From Ruminococcus sp. (lineage in GTDB: Bacteria; Bacillota; Clostridia; Oscillospirales; Ruminococcaceae), in NCBI GenBank assembly GCA_017534595.1, contig JAFXVY010000126.1, positions 16,020 through 80,019 of the forward strand: a stretch of 64,000 nt of DNA. Reading direction: 5' to 3'. A program made the position numbers and the translations under genes. Each line of letters opens with the position of its first letter. Within the stretch, counting starts at the first letter, position 1. Positions 9,764 through 18,662 of the stretch are shown here, piece after piece. Under the pieces are notes generated by a model. The model was not told the DNA's origin. It did no database searches and saw only the letters and a program-made list of their open reading frames with translations.

Positions 9764-9806
9764 AACGCTGCATCCCTATGAAACGGGGTGCAGCGTTATT
9801 CTTTAC
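9764..9806 (+). terminator. rho-independent terminator of pyrE
   Basis: Stem ACGCTGCAtCCC / GGGgTGCAGCGT (9765-9796) followed by TATTCTTTACTTT. Confidence 0.7.
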
Positions 9807-9830
9807 TTTGTAGGAGCCGCAAGTTTCAAC

Positions 9831-9912
9831 ATTTGTTCAGTCCGCCGTCAAACTACGGTGCTTTCCTGCACCCCATAAACCAAAGGCGGAAATACGCCGA
9901 CCGCGTCAGGAC
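9831..9912 (-). repeat. dispersed ~82-nt intergenic element, inverted copy of the 46707/46808 repeats
   Basis: The reverse complement (gtcctgacgcggtcggcgtatttccgcctttggtttatggggtgcaggaaagcacc...) aligns along its full length with 46707-46790, with about a dozen mismatches. Confidence 0.85.
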
Positions 9913-10151
9913 CGCCCCCGAAGCCCTTCGGGTGCCCCCACTCAGGATGAAAAAGCCCCATATAAGCGAAAAAGACAGCCTATTGGCTGCCTTCTTGCTT
10001 GTGTAAAAATTTTGGAGAGGATGAAACGAGCTAAGTTTTCTTAGCAAATGCATTTTCTGCTCTTTCTGTTTGTTCTACATCTTTAATTATACTCCCCGAT
10101 ATGGGAAAATCAAGAACAACAAAGTTACATTTTACTACAAAACCGTTACAT

Positions 10152-11159
10152 TCACTCCGCCGGATCGGCTTCGGCTTCGCCGGAGATCACTGCCTCCGGA
10201 GCCTCCGATGCCTCGGTCGTATCGGTCTCTTCATCCTGTTCCTTGTCTTCGTGCCAGTGGGTCTTCTTCCACTGCTTCTTTAAGTGCCGGATGTATAAAG
10301 TGTGGATGACCTGCGCCGATATGATGAGTACCGCGCCGGCAATAAGGATTATAAGCTGCACTGTGATGATGTTGTCAAGCGCGACCTCGAACAGTCCCGT
10401 CACCGAACGGTGGATGTATTCGTTCATGATGAAGAAGGAGCTGAAATAATTCGTCTTCTGAAGTATCAGCGCCGGTACAAAGAAGCCCGCAGAGGTCACG
10501 ACCATTATAAGTCCCAGCCAGTAGGGGAAATCCCGGGGATGGTGCCTGTCGATGATGACCATTACGGCCATAAGCGCGATCGCCAGCCCGATAAGTACCC
10601 AGAAGGCGACGGTCAACATACCCGAGTGCTTGTGTATCGTTGTACCGATATCCGTCTTGGAGAGGGTGTAGAGCATCATCGTGTCAAGACGGCTCTCGAC
10701 CTGTTCCTTTGCGATCTTGACCGTGTTGTCACGCAGTTCTTTGTATTCCTTGTCCATCTTGATCTGTCGTTCGGCAGCATCGTTCTCGATATAGTCAACA
10801 ATGCTCTTTTCGAGCCCGGAGAGGTCAAGCGTGCTCTTGGGCTTGGGAGCCGAATCGTTGTTGAGATAGTCGAGCGAATCCTTCAGCAGACGGTAGGATG
10901 CCGAATACAGCTCCTCCTCGGAGAGGGGATCGGTAAACACCTCGGGGGGGATGCCCGTAGCGGAGGACAGCGATTTGAAATACTCGGTCAGCTCGTCATA
11001 GATCGCAGTGGATACGGATTTCTGATCCATGGCGTCCTTGTAGACATCAGGGTCGAGCAGCACGTTCTTTGTAAATGCCGAAGCCTCGGCAAGCATGATG
11101 AACAGCGACACGAACACCGAAAGTATCACAAGCGGGAGATAGTGGTAAAGCTTTTTCAA
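10152..11159 (-). CDS. multi-pass membrane protein of unknown function, last gene of the sortase operon
   Basis: Likely TTG start at 11159 preceded by GGAGGTGG, forming a TTGA overlap with the sortase stop. One N-terminal TM, ~170-aa soluble loop, 3-4 C-terminal TMs and an acidic tail. Confidence 0.6.
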   Translation of the reverse strand: MKKLYHYLPLVILSVFVSLFIMLAEASAFTKNVLLDPDVYKDAMDQKSVSTAIYDELTEYFKSLSSATGIPPEVFTDPLSEEELYSASYRLLKDSLDYLNNDSAPKPKSTLDLSGLEKSIVDYIENDAAERQIKMDKEYKELRDNTVKIAKEQVESRLDTMMLYTLSKTDIGTTIHKHSGMLTVAFWVLIGLAIALMAVMVIIDRHHPRDFPYWLGLIMVVTSAGFFVPALILQKTNYFSSFFIMNEYIHRSVTGLFEVALDNIITVQLIILIAGAVLIISAQVIHTLYIRHLKKQWKKTHWHEDKEQDEETDTTEASEAPEAVISGEAEADPAE

Positions 11160-11902
11160 TTCGCCACCTCCACCTTTTTCCACTCGCGTGAAACGAGGTC
11201 GCCGAGTATGGCGATACGGGTCTTGCTCATTCCGAGCCTGCCGTTGTTCCAGCAGGTGTAGGCGGTGAGCCTGTCGTGGCCGAAGGTCGGGTTAATGTAG
11301 GTCGAGTCGTTCTCATCAAAGGTCACGATCTCGCCGATGATATAGGTCATCTTGACATAATCGGTCTCGATAACAACGATATCGCCCACCTTGCACCAGG
11401 GAAGGTTATAGAAATACGTATGGTTATGCGCCGCGAGCACAAGGTTGCCGACATTTCCGATATAAACAGAGCCGTTATACCAGCCTATTCCCTTTTCGAG
11501 GACATCGAGCCTGGTGCCCGCATAGATCGGCAGATCGATCATGCCTGCGTTCTCGCAGGTGAAGGTGCCGTAGAAGTCCCCGTAGTAGGGGTAGATCATA
11601 GTATGAGTTTCCTCGGTCTCTTCATTTGTGACCTCGCGGATCCTCAGCGGAGCATCGTCGGGATGGTAGATGCTTACCTGCTTATCGCCCTGGGTCTGCT
11701 TGTTCTCCTCATTGAAGACGAGGTTGAGGTAGGGCTTGAAGTCATTATACGGCTTCAGCAGCCCGAGCACGAATACACCGCAGACAACTGTAAGAACCAA
11801 AAAAGGTGTGAGAACAAATGTAACTGTTCTCAACACCTTATTCGACTCAGAATGTTTGCGGTGACGAGATCTGCTGTGTTTAACAGATTTACTGTCACTC
11901 AT
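11156..11902 (-). CDS. sortase-family transpeptidase
   Basis: Catalytic triad context: LVLAAHNH (His), LTAYTCW (TLxTC-like Cys), KTRIAILG (Arg). N-terminal TM. ATG at 11902 preceded by GGAGTGAA. The longer 11959 start would overlap the upstream gene. Confidence 0.8.
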   Translation of the reverse strand: MSDSKSVKHSRSRHRKHSESNKVLRTVTFVLTPFLVLTVVCGVFVLGLLKPYNDFKPYLNLVFNEENKQTQGDKQVSIYHPDDAPLRIREVTNEETEETHTMIYPYYGDFYGTFTCENAGMIDLPIYAGTRLDVLEKGIGWYNGSVYIGNVGNLVLAAHNHTYFYNLPWCKVGDIVVIETDYVKMTYIIGEIVTFDENDSTYINPTFGHDRLTAYTCWNNGRLGMSKTRIAILGDLVSREWKKVEVAN

Positions 11903-11933
11903 TATTTCATTCACTCCGTAGTTTTGGCAGGGA

Positions 11934-12521
11934 TTAGTTCTCCTTGTTCTTCTTGGCAACTACAACGATGCCGGTGCCGGCAAGCATGATAGCGCAGGCA
12001 GCAACGAATGCAGCAGCACTGTTTGCAGTCTCACCGGTAGGAGAAGGCTTGTTGTCGTCGATAGGAGTCTTCTCACCGTCGAACTCAACGATTACATCGT
12101 AGCCGTCGTTGGTAGCTCTCTTCTCGGTGGTGATCTTTACGCCGTACTCTGCGCCGGTATCAACGAGAGCCTTGAGGATAGCCTGTCTGTCTTCCTCGGT
12201 CATATTCTTGAAAAGAGCAGTTCTGGCATCGTTGTCTAAGCTGCTGGCTGCTGTATCAGCGTCAAGATACTTGAAAACAACATCGTTAAAGGTCTTCTCG
12301 ATAGCCTTGCACATACCAACATACTGCTCGGTAGTGAACTTGTCGGAGTTCTTCTCGAGGAAGTTGGAAAGCTGCTGAACGTTATGATCCTGAACGCCGC
12401 AATCCTTAGCGCACTGAACAACGCTCTCCCATGTAGCGGCAGCAGCAAAAGCAGAAACGCTCATGGAAGCTGCAATAGCAAGAGAAGCAACGGCTGTGGT
12501 GATTTTCTTAGCAAGTTTCAT
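11934..12521 (-). CDS. secreted, probably sortase-anchored small surface protein
   Basis: Signal peptide MKLAKKITTAVASLAIAASMSVSAFA. C-terminal PSPTG motif, then hydrophobic segment AAAFVAACAIMLAGTGIVVV, then KKNKEN tail (cell-wall sorting-signal architecture). RBS GGAGGAA. Confidence 0.7.
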   Translation of the reverse strand: MKLAKKITTAVASLAIAASMSVSAFAAAATWESVVQCAKDCGVQDHNVQQLSNFLEKNSDKFTTEQYVGMCKAIEKTFNDVVFKYLDADTAASSLDNDARTALFKNMTEEDRQAILKALVDTGAEYGVKITTEKRATNDGYDVIVEFDGEKTPIDDNKPSPTGETANSAAAFVAACAIMLAGTGIVVVAKKNKEN

Positions 12522-12580
12522 TTTTATATTCCTCCTAAAATGTATTGCATAATCATACAGATATAAAATCTTACACGATT

Positions 12581-12609
12581 AGTATATCACAAGGGAAATC
12601 AGATTGCAA
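12581..12609 (-). promoter_or_regulatory. SigA-type promoter of the surface-protein/sortase operon
   Basis: On the minus strand: TTGCAA, 17 nt, TGa-TATACT. About 55 nt upstream of the 12521 start. Confidence 0.5.
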
Positions 12610-13013
12610 CGTTTTTTTGGGGCTTTTTCAAAATTTCAGCACATTAAACAATTACATTGTTCACAATTTGTAATAAAATATATAAATCACAAAATATGAA
12701 AAGTCTTTTAACAAATATGGTCAGTGCGATTTCCTGAATGTGCCAAGACTTTTATGTCCGCCCGCCTGACGGTCGGGATACCCGGGCGTTCATCCGCTGC
12801 CGGAGGCACCGGGGGTGTACTATTATATATTATAGCGTCTGCGGAGAGGGGAGTTGTGAATAAAATATAAAATTTTGAAAGAATACGATTACATCAAAAA
12901 CTTAATCGTTTTCAAGTGTTTTCGGGGTATTGCAAAATCCAAAAAAATGTGTTATTACTATATCAGAGCCAAAGCTCCGAAAATACGAAACAAGAATGAA
13001 AGGCGGAATCAAT

Positions 13014-14012
13014 ATGAACGTGAAGATCATCAACGGACAGTCGATCCCCAATATCCCCTGGCAGGATAAGTCCGAGGGCTGCAATGACGTTATCTGGAGA
13101 TACAATGCCAACCCCATCATCCCCAGAAACCTGCTGCCCACCTCCAATTCCATATTCAACAGCGCAGTAGTTACCTTTAACGGCAAATTCGCAGGCGTTT
13201 TCCGTGTGGACGACAAGGTCCGCAACATGGAGCTCCATGCCGGCTTCTCAGATGACGGCATCCACTGGAACATCGACCCTGACAGGATCGTATTCGTTCA
13301 GGCTGAAAAGTCCACCGAGGAAGTTAATCAGTGGGGCTACGGCTACGATCCCCGCGTTTGCTGGATCGAGGACAGATACTGGGTGACCTGGTGCAACGCC
13401 TACGGCTGGAAGCCGACTATCGGCGTCGGCTACACCTTCGATTTCAAGACCTTCTATCAGTGCGAGAACGCATTCCTGCCCTTCAACAGGAACGGCGTAC
13501 TCTTCCCGAGAAAGATAAACGATAAGTTCGTTATGTTCTCCCGTCCCTCCGACAGCGGACACACTCCCTTCGGTGATATGTATCTGTCCCAGTCCCCCGA
13601 TATGAAATACTGGGGCGAGCACAGACACGTTATGGGGCCCCTCAAGGCCTGGGAGTCCAAGAAGATAGGCGCAGGTCCGATCCCGATAGAGACCTCCGAG
13701 GGCTGGCTCTGCTTCTATCACGGCGTTCTTGAGAGCTGCAACGGCTTCGTATACAGCTTCTCCGCCTGCATCCTTGACAAGGACGAGCCCTGGAAGGTCA
13801 AGTACCGCTGCGCCGAGTATCTGCTCAGCCCGCAGGAGCTTTACGAGTGCGTGGGCGACGTTCAGAACGTTACCTTCCCCTGCGCTACCCTTGTTGACGC
13901 CGACACCGGCCGCATAGCTATCTACTACGGCTGCGCCGACACCTGCGTTTCCATGGCGTTCACCACCGTTGATTCCGTCGTTGAATACGTTAAGTCTCAT
14001 TCGTCCGTCTGA
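13014..14012 (+). CDS. GH130 family beta-1,4-mannoside/mannooligosaccharide phosphorylase-like protein
   Basis: The whole sequence looks GH130-like (NIPWQD..., [49 protein letters not shown]). ATG at 13014 after AAAGGCGGAA. Confidence 0.8.
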   Translation: MNVKIINGQSIPNIPWQDKSEGCNDVIWRYNANPIIPRNLLPTSNSIFNSAVVTFNGKFAGVFRVDDKVRNMELHAGFSDDGIHWNIDPDRIVFVQAEKSTEEVNQWGYGYDPRVCWIEDRYWVTWCNAYGWKPTIGVGYTFDFKTFYQCENAFLPFNRNGVLFPRKINDKFVMFSRPSDSGHTPFGDMYLSQSPDMKYWGEHRHVMGPLKAWESKKIGAGPIPIETSEGWLCFYHGVLESCNGFVYSFSACILDKDEPWKVKYRCAEYLLSPQELYECVGDVQNVTFPCATLVDADTGRIAIYYGCADTCVSMAFTTVDSVVEYVKSHSSV

Positions 14013-14074
14013 TGGCACCTGACGGCCGGATGTGCAGATAACTTCTCTTTCGGAAATTAGAGATGATCAAAAGG

Positions 14075-14113
14075 CTCCCTGCCGGTATCTTCCGGCAGGG
14101 AGCGCGTTTTTTT
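14075..14113. terminator. bidirectional rho-independent terminator between GH130 and tsaB
   Basis: Perfect stem CTCCCTGCCGG / CCGGCAGGGAG (14075-14101) followed by CGCGTTTTTTT. A-rich on the 5' side, so it can also serve the minus strand. Confidence 0.8.
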
Positions 14114-14184
14114 AATGAATAAATAATAATGAATAATGAATAATTAAGGTGTCGCCTGCGGCGACGGATTATTTTGATCATTCA

Positions 14185-14886
14185 TTACATTTCGCTGTGG
14201 GCTTTGTCTTTTTCGGCTTTTGTTGCTTGCAGATAGCTTGCGGCGAGGTCTTCCGGATCGACGGCGCGGGAGGGGTCAGCGAGGAAGGCGGCGCAGAGGG
14301 CGGAGGCTCGCTGGAGGCGGTTTGCGGTAGGCGCAAGGAGCACGTCCGCATCGTTTGCGAAGTACAGCGACTTTATCTCGGCGGCGCGGTCGCCGGTCAG
14401 CATCACGGGCACAGATCTTTCAAGCGAGGCGAAGAACTCCGCTTCGTCGGTGATCCTGTCCTCGCTCAGAGCGCGGATACCCGCAGCAGAGCTCTCATAC
14501 TCCCCGACATAGATCTTCCCCGGCCGTGCATACAGCACAGGGACTATCCTGCCCGTGAAGCCCGCAAGCTCGCGGCAGAGCGCTTCGAGGGTGGACACCG
14601 CCGCGCATTTCAGGTGCGGCGCTCCGAGGACTATCCCCTTGACCGCGGCTATGCCTATGCGCAGCCCGGTATAGGAGCCGGGCCCCGCCGCGCAGACTAT
14701 GCCGTCGAGGTCCTTGAAGGTCAGCGAGCAGTCTGCAAGCAGCTCCTCGGCCATGGGAAGTATTATCTGTGAATGGGTAAGCTTGGTGTAAACGAGATTT
14801 TCGGCAAGCAGACGCTCCTCGCTCATAACGGCGCAGGACGCCACCTTACCCGAGGTCTCTATCCCCAATATCAGCAAATCTATCAT
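14185..14886 (-). CDS. tsaB: tRNA t6A37 biosynthesis protein TsaB (YeaZ)
   Basis: N-terminus LILGIETSGKVASCAV, ASKHA-fold-like profile, adjacent to tsaE. Confidence 0.85.
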   Translation of the reverse strand: MIDLLILGIETSGKVASCAVMSEERLLAENLVYTKLTHSQIILPMAEELLADCSLTFKDLDGIVCAAGPGSYTGLRIGIAAVKGIVLGAPHLKCAAVSTLEALCRELAGFTGRIVPVLYARPGKIYVGEYESSAAGIRALSEDRITDEAEFFASLERSVPVMLTGDRAAEIKSLYFANDADVLLAPTANRLQRASALCAAFLADPSRAVDPEDLAASYLQATKAEKDKAHSEM

Positions 14887-15304
14887 CTCCGTCTATCGTG
14901 ATCTTCCGCGTCTCGTCGCCGGTGCGTTCGAGGCGGATATATACAGCCGTATCCGGCAGAGAACCGCTTATGTTCTCGCTCCACTCCACGGCGAGCACCG
15001 TGTCCTCGTCCATGTAGTCGAAGAAGCCGGTGGTCTCGAGGTCGGCGTCCGAGGTTATGCGGTACATATCGAAGTGGCAGAGGCTCAGCCCCCTGCCTCT
15101 GTACTCGTTGACGAGGGCAAAGGTCGGTGAGGTGACATCGTCATCGAGCCCCATGCCGACGGCTATGCCGCGGGTCATCGTGGTTTTCCCCGCTCCGAGG
15201 TCGCCGAGATAGGCTATGCAGTCGCCGCCGTGCAGCCTCCTGCCGACGGCTCTGCCGAGGGCTATCGTCTCGGCGGGGGAGCCTGTATAAAAGGTGTAAG
15301 TCAT
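14846..15304 (-). CDS. tsaE: tRNA t6A37 biosynthesis ATPase TsaE (YjeE)
   Basis: P-loop GDLGAGKTT, SPTF motif (TSPTFALVNEY), ~150 aa. Confidence 0.88.
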   Translation of the reverse strand: MTYTFYTGSPAETIALGRAVGRRLHGGDCIAYLGDLGAGKTTMTRGIAVGMGLDDDVTSPTFALVNEYRGRGLSLCHFDMYRITSDADLETTGFFDYMDEDTVLAVEWSENISGSLPDTAVYIRLERTGDETRKITIDGDDRFADIGDRDLG

Positions 15305-15310
15305 AGTTTG

Positions 15311-16435
15311 TCACTTATCCTGCTTTCCTATGCCGTAATCGAGCAGAAGGTCAACCATTCTGCCGTAGCTTTTCTTGCCGTCCTTGACGCCGTTGAATTT
15401 CAGCGAGGCCTCCATAGCCGAGTCGGAGATCTTGGCCACCGTCTTCGACGGCAGCAGACCCTCATCGCTCTCCTGAACGCTCCGCCAATAGCTTGAATTC
15501 CCGTTGATGTCCACGGCTACCTCGTAGGCGAGAGCGCCGTAAACTTCGGAGATCTCCTCGTCGGTGCAGTTGTCCTTTACCTGCGAGAGCACATATTTCA
15601 GCGCCCGCAGATAGCCGCTGTACTGATAATCCGGGTGGCTGCACCGTGCGCAGGCGAGGAAGGCTATGAAATTCGCCTCGTCCTCGAGCATGAAGCCCTT
15701 GGTGTGGGCAAGCTCGTGGCAGACCGTCTCCGGCAGGTTCGAGGGGTACATCTGGCTGTTGTAGTTTGCCTCAAGGGAGAACGGGAAATATATCCCCATC
15801 ATATACTGCTGGCTCATGAAGTAGGAATTGATTATCGGCTTGGGGGTCACATAGTAGCCCGCAAGCTGCGGGAATTCATCTCCGAGGGCTGCCATCGCAT
15901 AGCGGGCGGTCTCGTCGAGGTCGGCGGTGAGGATGAATTTTCCTTTCTCGTCGCGCTTGACCTGCTTCGAGAGCTCGTTGGTGTTGACGGTCAGGTAGCT
16001 GCAGAGGTCGAGCAGCTCGGCGTTGGTGTGCTCCGTGGTGGGGATGTTATAGATCTCGCCGAAGGTCGAGCGCTGATAGAGTATGAAGCAGTTGAGCGTC
16101 TCGGTGACGAGTATAAAGGCTATGATCCAGGCATAAATGAACCCGCAGACCTTGAGCACCAGCTTTCTGCGCCCCTTGAGCACTATAAGCAGCACGGTCA
16201 GCGCCGGTACCGTGAGCAGAATTATCACTATCGCCGCGATTATCATTATCTCGCCCAGCGAGAAGGGGAGCAGCGCTATCGGTCTGCCGATGGCGTTGAC
16301 CCAGAACGGGAAGATATGCTCTCCGTACCAGTCGGCGAAGGAGGTCGAGACCCTTGCGAGGATATTCAGAAAAATGCAGGCAGCGTATATTATCAGTATT
16401 ACGGTCAGCTGCTTGCCGAGCTTCTTTCTTACCAT
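15311..16435 (-). CDS. DUF3810-like membrane zinc-metallopeptidase-like protein
   Basis: Three N-terminal TMs and a HELAHTKG (HExxH) motif. Architecture typical of DUF3810. Confidence 0.65.
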   Translation of the reverse strand: MVRKKLGKQLTVILIIYAACIFLNILARVSTSFADWYGEHIFPFWVNAIGRPIALLPFSLGEIMIIAAIVIILLTVPALTVLLIVLKGRRKLVLKVCGFIYAWIIAFILVTETLNCFILYQRSTFGEIYNIPTTEHTNAELLDLCSYLTVNTNELSKQVKRDEKGKFILTADLDETARYAMAALGDEFPQLAGYYVTPKPIINSYFMSQQYMMGIYFPFSLEANYNSQMYPSNLPETVCHELAHTKGFMLEDEANFIAFLACARCSHPDYQYSGYLRALKYVLSQVKDNCTDEEISEVYGALAYEVAVDINGNSSYWRSVQESDEGLLPSKTVAKISDSAMEASLKFNGVKDGKKSYGRMVDLLLDYGIGKQDK

Positions 16436-18126
16436 AGCTGACCATCACCTTCCGCTGCGGTGTTGTACTCGGTATCGTACACGGTGACGGTTATCTTCTT
16501 GCCCGAGACCATATCCGGTGTCAGGTCCTCGTCGGAGTCAACGGAATGTACCGTTACCGTGGCAAGGGAAGCGCTTTTCCCGGGCGCGGGGATCTTTCCG
16601 TAGAAGGAGAGCCCGGTGCCCTCCGGCGAGGAGAGGTATATCGAATAGTATTCCTCCGAAGAGTTCACCGCAAGGAACTCTCCGCGGAGATAGCCGTTTT
16701 TGTCGGTAAAGCCCAGCAGATAGAGGTCTGTTGTGCCGTCCGACCAGACGAGCTTGGACTCGCCGGGAGCCTTCGGCCTGTTCAGCTCATCCGAGAAGGC
16801 GATGCGGGTCAGAGGCGTCCGCCCGATCAGCGAGGAGCCGTCGGTGCGGCCGTCGTCATAGGAGTATTCAAAGCTGAGATCGGCGTCGGTGAGGTCGCCC
16901 AGGAAGCCGGAATCCGGCGCCTTGAAGCGCACTTCTATATAGTCCTCGGTCATGGCGGGTATGCTGCCCGAGCAGGTCAGCTCGAGGAATATGCCGTTGA
17001 CATAGCCGAGGCAGTCAAATGTTATCTGCTTGTCGAGCTCGTTGCGGGCTTTGAAGAAGAGCCTGTACCTGTCGGCGGATGAGGTGGTCTCGCGGACGCC
17101 GAACACATAATCGAGCTTTACGCTGCCGCCGTCATGCGAGAACTTTGCCGCTGACGTCATCGGGAGCTCGGAGGAATACTCATCAAGAAACTCCTGCTTG
17201 AATTCCTCGAGGGGTACTGCCTCCGTGATCCTGTCGGGTACCGTGACTTCCGGTCTGCCGGAGCGCGGAAGCTCCAGAGTTATGCCGCTGTAAGTCACTT
17301 CGTTTTCGTAGGAGGTGCCGGTCATATAGCCGCCGGCTTCGTAGGCGATAAGGTCAAAGGTCATGCGGTCGAGCTCAGCCGCGGAAATGGTGTGGTTGTA
17401 GGTGCGCACGGTGACATCCGGCCAGCCGCGCCCGCCCGCCGGGATCACGCCGCTTATCGTAGCCGTGAAATCGCTGTGCTCGCATCTGAGGTTAGAGGAG
17501 CGCAGATAGATGTCCCTGTCTGTCTTGTTGACCGCGAACAGCGTAAGCGTTACGTCCTCGCCGTCATCGGAGTAGGCAGTCTTGACGAGGCTCAGCTTGA
17601 TATCGTCGTTTTCGAAGAACACCGTCCCGAGGGGGTCGGGGTTCATGATGTTCTTGTCCGAGAACCTTACCGTCACCGGGTCGCTGAGGCTGCCGTCTAT
17701 GTATTTCCAGGTGTCCGTTTCGATGAGCATGAACCGCGTCCTGAGAGTCCTGACATTGATGTTCATCGAAGGAGCGAACACGAGATCGTCGCTGCCGCCG
17801 GGGTCGAGATAGGACACGATCGAATCGCGGTTGTGGCATACACCGTCGCACTCGACATAGAGCGAGCAGAGCGCTTTTTTTACATCGGTCTTGTTTTCGG
17901 CACGCAGGAATATCCTGTCTTCGCTGAAGCCCGTGACTTTCAGCGTTACGCCGCAGCTGTCGTACAGCACGCTCCCGTCCTCGGACGGCACATTTTCGCC
18001 GTTGACGAGTATCGTCGCGGAGGTCTCGGCGGCGGAGGAATTCGTCGGCTTGCCGGTCTCGGGTATGCTGTCGCAGCCGCACAGCACAAGAGCTGCCGAA
18101 AGCAGCGCCGCAGCAAGTCTTTTCAC
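16429..18126 (-). CDS. lipoprotein with four internal ~130-aa repeats
   Basis: Likely GTG start (18126) 6 nt after GGAGGTG. Lipobox LVLCGC. Four modules share the pattern ..L.L.G......(A/K).N(K/E/S)(T/L/S)(D/E). Confidence 0.65.
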   Translation of the reverse strand: MKRLAAALLSAALVLCGCDSIPETGKPTNSSAAETSATILVNGENVPSEDGSVLYDSCGVTLKVTGFSEDRIFLRAENKTDVKKALCSLYVECDGVCHNRDSIVSYLDPGGSDDLVFAPSMNINVRTLRTRFMLIETDTWKYIDGSLSDPVTVRFSDKNIMNPDPLGTVFFENDDIKLSLVKTAYSDDGEDVTLTLFAVNKTDRDIYLRSSNLRCEHSDFTATISGVIPAGGRGWPDVTVRTYNHTISAAELDRMTFDLIAYEAGGYMTGTSYENEVTYSGITLELPRSGRPEVTVPDRITEAVPLEEFKQEFLDEYSSELPMTSAAKFSHDGGSVKLDYVFGVRETTSSADRYRLFFKARNELDKQITFDCLGYVNGIFLELTCSGSIPAMTEDYIEVRFKAPDSGFLGDLTDADLSFEYSYDDGRTDGSSLIGRTPLTRIAFSDELNRPKAPGESKLVWSDGTTDLYLLGFTDKNGYLRGEFLAVNSSEEYYSIYLSSPEGTGLSFYGKIPAPGKSASLATVTVHSVDSDEDLTPDMVSGKKITVTVYDTEYNTAAEGDGQLW

Positions 18127-18491
18127 AGCATACACCTCCATTATAATAAAGCCGATAATACACTCCTATATTATATACTTTTAAAGCGCCTTTGTCAAGG
18201 AAAGCGAAAGCCGGCTGACAGTTAATTTTTTACAATTAAGTTATCGCCTCCGGCGGCGTTTATTACTCAAATCGCCGGGAAATACAGCCCGCCTGCGGGG
18301 GCAGGGTTTATGCACAACTATTAACGAAATGTGAAGTAAAAATGTGAATTTATGCAATCTGCACAGACCAAATGGAAAATATTTCCGCTCAAACGTTTTC
18401 GTTTGACATCATACTGTTGTGCAATATCACTAATTATCAAAGGGCAAATTGATATGATTTAACGATTTTAGTCTTTTTTGCGATTTATGCT

Positions 18492-18519
18492 TTGACATTT
18501 ACAAATATTGTGGTAAAAT
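18492..18519 (+). promoter_or_regulatory. SigA-type promoter upstream of the MinD-like gene
   Basis: TTGACA (18492-18497), 16-nt spacer, TGg-TAAAAT (18511-18519). Confidence 0.5.
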
Positions 18520-18662
18520 ATAAACAGGTAACGCTTGCTTATGGGCGGAGTGTCTCCGTTTGAAGGAGCGGGCGTCCCGGGCGTAAAGCTTTGGAGATCT
18601 GTATCGCTGCCTGTTGCACCTGCGTGCGGCGGCGTGATATAACGAAAGGGGCAATAGTTTAT

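Noticed and set aside
10021-10151. Terminator or small ORF downstream of the sortase operon (GCTAAG/CTTAGC hairpin, 7-aa ORF MKRAKFS)
   Set aside because: The hairpin has only 6 bp and no proper U-tract. The mini-ORF is too short and has no supporting context.
12898-12912. 10-mer CTTAATCGTT shared by the GH130 and ptsH (44137) upstream regions as a common carbohydrate regulator site or cre
   Set aside because: Neither site fits the cre consensus (TGWAANCGNTNWCA). A single shared 10-mer between a few kb of AT-rich spacers is expected by chance.
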